Under the pieces are notes generated by a model that was given only the letters and a program-made list of their open reading frames with translations, did not search any database and had not been told where the DNA came from. A DNA stretch of 64,000 nt from an uncultured virus (IMG/VR IMGVR_UViG_3300046171_000179) (taxonomy: Duplodnaviria; Heunggongvirae; Uroviricota; Caudoviricetes; Crassvirales), in the IMG/VR virus record IMGVR_UViG_3300046171_000179. One strand, given 5' to 3'. Both the position numbers and the translations under genes were made by a program. Shown here one piece after another: positions 60,495-64,000 of the stretch (position 1 is the first letter of the stretch; each line of letters opens with the position of its first letter).

Positions 60495-61226
60495 TTAAAG
60501 TGTTTTGGAGATATAATATTGGCTAAAATCTCCTTCGCCATTTACAAAAAACTCATTATATGCTTGAGCTGCTTTAGCAACTTTGTTTTGACCTGATTGT
60601 AGGAACTGATCACTACAGTCAAATAAACCTAGCTGCATAGTCTTTTTATCGACAACTATAAATATAAGCTCATAGCCAAACATCTTAGAATATATATAAG
60701 CTTGACTGTCGTAGTTATATTTATATGCTGAACTAGCAAATGAATTTATATTATTTGTTGTTTTAAGATCTACTATTAGTTGATGACTATGATTTATGAT
60801 ATCAGCTTTGCCTTTCCAATTTAAGTCTTCTAACTTAGTTACACCAGGCACTTCATATTCAACGTTACCCTCACGTATCATATCATAAAACAATTCATTA
60901 TCTAATACTTTCTCTCGCATCAACTCAATATGATCAGCTTCATGTTCTAACAGGCATATATCTTCGCCAGCTAACTCTTTGTAAGCTTTTGTATTTCTAG
61001 TTGATGATTTTATTATCTTATACTTATCAAGCTTTTCAGGCTCTAGTATAGTCGTATGGAAATAACCACCTACAACAAATGCAGGATTTGGTGGCGATGG
61101 CTTTTTAAAATCGAGAGGATTATTTAATAGCGCTGATATGTCACTGTTACTAAGATATTGTTTACCAAAATCTCCGTAATAATGTTCATCATCTCTTAAC
61201 TTCTCGATTATATCTTTTTTATCCAT
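60495..61226 (-). CDS. PD-(D/E)XK exonuclease (RecE/DUF3799-like)
   Basis: LSNSDI, G.YFHT.ILEP, KGKAD, VDLKT, Y..QAYIY. Confidence 0.85.
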   Translation of the reverse strand: MDKKDIIEKLRDDEHYYGDFGKQYLSNSDISALLNNPLDFKKPSPPNPAFVVGGYFHTTILEPEKLDKYKIIKSSTRNTKAYKELAGEDICLLEHEADHIELMREKVLDNELFYDMIREGNVEYEVPGVTKLEDLNWKGKADIINHSHQLIVDLKTTNNINSFASSAYKYNYDSQAYIYSKMFGYELIFIVVDKKTMQLGLFDCSDQFLQSGQNKVAKAAQAYNEFFVNGEGDFSQYYISKTL

Positions 61227-61806
61227 TCAATTGTGTTAAAGCTTCAGCTGTTATAGAATATTTTTCTTGTAATGTCTTCATTAAACCTCCATTAGCTAAG
61301 AACTTTTTAGCTTGATCTATATTTTTCATATCTATAATAGGTTTCTTATCAGCCATTATCTTATTTTCAAGAGCGTTAACTTTAGCTTTTAAAGTTTGTC
61401 TTGCTACATCTTTCCCATGCGTATTAGTTGCATCTGAATCAGCTGTATCATCTATAAGTAATAGATTACCTAATGCATATTTCTTACCGTAAGATGATGC
61501 TGAACCAAACTTCTGAGGCATCTGCATACCTTTTTGGTTAAGATCAATACCTACTACAGCAGTACCTTCAACTTGATCGCCTGTTTCAGCATCTACAATT
61601 GTAGCTGTACTATGTAATATAGGAAACTCACCTAATGTTAAGTTTTCTCTTATTGTAAAATATACTCCATGTTCTTTATTAAAAGGTTTTAAAGCTTCTA
61701 ATATATCTTCAGCAGATCTAAACATGTAATTACCAAAGCTATTTTTTCTAGACTTTTTAGCTTTGAACTCTGCTTGTATTGTACTAAGTTTTTCTCTAAT
61801 GTTCAT
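61219..61806 (-). CDS. ERF-family ssDNA annealing protein
   Basis: NSFGNY.FRSAEDI; Q..GSASSYGKKYAL...DD..D.D. Confidence 0.88.
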   Translation of the reverse strand: MNIREKLSTIQAEFKAKKSRKNSFGNYMFRSAEDILEALKPFNKEHGVYFTIRENLTLGEFPILHSTATIVDAETGDQVEGTAVVGIDLNQKGMQMPQKFGSASSYGKKYALGNLLLIDDTADSDATNTHGKDVARQTLKAKVNALENKIMADKKPIIDMKNIDQAKKFLANGGLMKTLQEKYSITAEALTQLNG

Positions 61807-61905
61807 TTGATTGAATTATTTCGTAATTAATATACATACCATTTTTATAATATGTCCTGATACCATCACCCTCGGTGTATGTATCAATGTCTGTTATATA
61901 ATCTT

Positions 61906-62268
61906 TCATATTAAATCATATATAACTCCATTCTTCTTAAATAATCTACGTTTAGCGTAGTTATCTATCTTGCCAAATACAGTATGACCATCAACGTAGT
62001 CATTATTATATTCATCATACTCATTATATATCTTAGCTTTTTTAGATACACCTTTACCTGTTAATTGATAACTGTTAATTGGTATATATTTACCTGATGA
62101 TACAGGTGATACAATGCTAAAATTATAATTTGCCTGTTTTTCTCTAGGCGCATTATCTTTGTAAGGATTAGGAGGTGAATCCCCTTGCCTTACATATTGT
62201 AATTCGTCAATAGCTGTGAAACAGCTTTTATATTTAGTCTTAAACTTATACATAGTATTATAGTGCAA
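61906..62268 (-). CDS. Hypothetical protein
   Basis: 120-aa ORF. Confidence 0.6.
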   Translation of the reverse strand: MHYNTMYKFKTKYKSCFTAIDELQYVRQGDSPPNPYKDNAPREKQANYNFSIVSPVSSGKYIPINSYQLTGKGVSKKAKIYNEYDEYNNDYVDGHTVFGKIDNYAKRRLFKKNGVIYDLI

Positions 62269-62286
62269 TTATTTGTTAAAGGGACC

Positions 62287-63063
62287 TTAATCCTGATATA
62301 TTTTTAAATTTTTTGCAGAGTACTCATGTACTTTTGACTGCGAGCGTATACCATTAGTAGAAACATAGTAAGCTAACTCATTTAAAGCATCTTCATTGGA
62401 TCTTAATCTTTTTAAGAGCCTTTGTTTTTGCTTTTTTACACTTTCCATGTTGCCACCATAGTGTTTAGCAATATCAGCTATTTTTTTAGGTTTAGAATAA
62501 ATATCATCTAAACCATAAAACATTTGCATCATGCCTGAATACTTAGGTATATATTTTTTTAACCATCCTATAAGGTAATCGCCTAGTTTATCATGCTCAT
62601 AATTATATACGTCATCTTCAACCATAGAGATTACATCGCTATCAAACCATTGAGGAAATAATACAGATATAAAACCAAATCCATTTGTATGTCTCTTTTT
62701 ATCTTTATTATTCCAAATGCCTTTTATAGGTCTACCAGATCCATCGACATTTTCTTTTATTCTATCTCCAACAATACCTTTAATACTGATACTCAAGAAC
62801 TTACTAACTGTTTTATTCTTGTCTAATTTTGATTCTAACTTATTTATATAGTTCCAATCAATATTACTCCAAGCTGTTAGTAATGCTAAATATGCCTCTT
62901 GATTTAGATCATTAATATTCATGACACCAATAGCTGAATAATCTTTTGAATAACTATTTGCTATTTTAGTTGCCATCTTAAAATAATCAGAAGGTATATT
63001 AGATTTTATATTATTAACTGTTTGCCGGTTGATAGCATAGATTTTCTTATTAAAATTTTTCAT
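62287..63063 (-). CDS. Sigma70-family sigma factor
   Basis: DLNQEAYLALL region 2; FYGL...IADIA...ESVKKQKQRLLKRLR region 4. Confidence 0.75.
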   Translation of the reverse strand: MKNFNKKIYAINRQTVNNIKSNIPSDYFKMATKIANSYSKDYSAIGVMNINDLNQEAYLALLTAWSNIDWNYINKLESKLDKNKTVSKFLSISIKGIVGDRIKENVDGSGRPIKGIWNNKDKKRHTNGFGFISVLFPQWFDSDVISMVEDDVYNYEHDKLGDYLIGWLKKYIPKYSGMMQMFYGLDDIYSKPKKIADIAKHYGGNMESVKKQKQRLLKRLRSNEDALNELAYYVSTNGIRSQSKVHEYSAKNLKIYQD

Positions 63064-63275
63064 ATATGTAATAATTTTAATCTTCTACTATATTTTCTTA
63101 TTAAAGCAGCTCTGTGTTTAAGCTCTTTTACAGGTATTCTATTCCTAGCTTCTCCTGTTAATACAATTTCTATAATTTCTTCACGTAGAGAGTAAATTTG
63201 ATTCCAAAGATACTCTCTGTGTTTAGAAGCTCTAGATCTAGTATCAATTCTTATATTTCCTATTTTTATTAGCAT
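63060..63275 (-). CDS. Hypothetical protein
   Basis: 71-aa ORF overlapping sigma start. Confidence 0.6.
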   Translation of the reverse strand: MLIKIGNIRIDTRSRASKHREYLWNQIYSLREEIIEIVLTGEARNRIPVKELKHRAALIRKYSRRLKLLHI

Positions 63276-63828
63276 CTTTCTTTGGTTTTCTAAATGCGTT
63301 GATCTTAGATCTTATGTTAAATACATCTGTTGATGTAAGATGTTTATATATTTGATATCCTTTCATACGTAGTTCCAAATTGAGTCTATTTTTTCGACAT
63401 AAGTTATACCGCCTTGATTAAAATGTAGATTCTTATGTTTATCAAAGCTAGGTGGTAATTCTCCAATAGCATAAGGTTTAAATTCAATTACTTTTCCAGT
63501 TGTTAAACTTCTTAGTTTTCTTGTTTTCATTAATATAAAGGTTTAGTTAAATTTTCTTCTGTTTCCCAATGCTCAACAATATGTTCACCTGTTGAGTCAT
63601 CAATATAATATGTTCTATCGTGTATAGTTATAAATACACAGTCTTCTGATCTTACATCTATTATCATGTTTTCTTTTTAATTGTTAATCCTTGTTTACCG
63701 AATATAGTAGTATAACCAAACTCATATCCGTCTTCTAACTCGTATTTAATGTTCTTAGCTGGTGGTTTATTTGCACCACCACCCATATATTTGTCTATTA
63801 AATACCTTTTTATCTCTTTTTTATTCAT
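63250..63828 (-). CDS. Four small coupled ORFs (MNKKEIK..., MIIDVRSED..., MKTRKLR..., MKGYQIY...)
   Basis: Manual translation; overlapping stops/starts; outer boundary approximate. Confidence 0.5.
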
Positions 63829-64000
63829 AATCACGAACGCTTTTGAAGAGAGGATGTCTGTAAGAGCCTGATGGTGTACGTTGGAAATAAGTAAACGTTG
63901 CTGTTTTGCCTATATACCACTCAGCAATGTCATACATTTTTGTTAGTATAGGCATTTTATCCATCACTGGCATTCCGAACTCGACACCGTTAGCGTCTCG
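63821..64000 (-). CDS. ATP-dependent DNA ligase, C-terminal fragment
   Basis: YIGKTATFTYFQRTPSGSYRHPLFKSVRDYE matches ligase OB domain/motif VI pattern. Confidence 0.8.
   Translation of the reverse strand, partial: RDANGVEFGMPVMDKMPILTKMYDIAEWYIGKTATFTYFQRTPSGSYRHPLFKSVRDYE

Noticed and set aside
1..64000. Stop-codon reassignment as in some Crassvirales
   Set aside because: Long genes are intact under the standard code; breaks are frame changes, not in-frame stops
1..64000. CRISPR arrays, tRNAs, integrase, IS elements
   Set aside because: None recognisable by eye; tRNAscan-SE not run

Overview
About 64 kb of an AT-rich lytic dsDNA tailed phage with crAss-like/Flavobacteria-podovirus gene order. 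The host is probably Bacteroidota: start codons sit in A-rich leaders without Shine-Dalgarno sequences. The + strand arm (1-50.9 kb) carries small basic proteins, GroEL/GroES, a ~18 kb fibre/decoration array, lysis genes, TerL, portal, scaffold-like protein, MCP, tail and ejection proteins. It converges at a terminator on a - strand replication arm with class Ia RNR, endonuclease, MazG-like proteins, a thymidylate-synthase-family enzyme, primase-helicase, SSB, exonuclease, ERF, a sigma factor and a partial ligase. Main novel signals: (1) an apparent hidden layer of genes overprinted in the +1 frame of core genes, marked by local shifts to G/C-ending codons, including an MPFKSEKQR-type peptide in the scaffold gene and a 235-aa lipoprotein-like ORF in terL; (2) a sigma70-region-2-like segment and two zincin motifs in the 2341-aa ejection protein, which shows no RNAP motif; (3) a recurring [SG]P[FLAMVI]xK motif in putative cargo proteins; (4) a TS-family enzyme with the dCMP-type Asp. 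Several frameshifts look like sequencing errors. All family calls are by-eye motif recognition; no searches were run.
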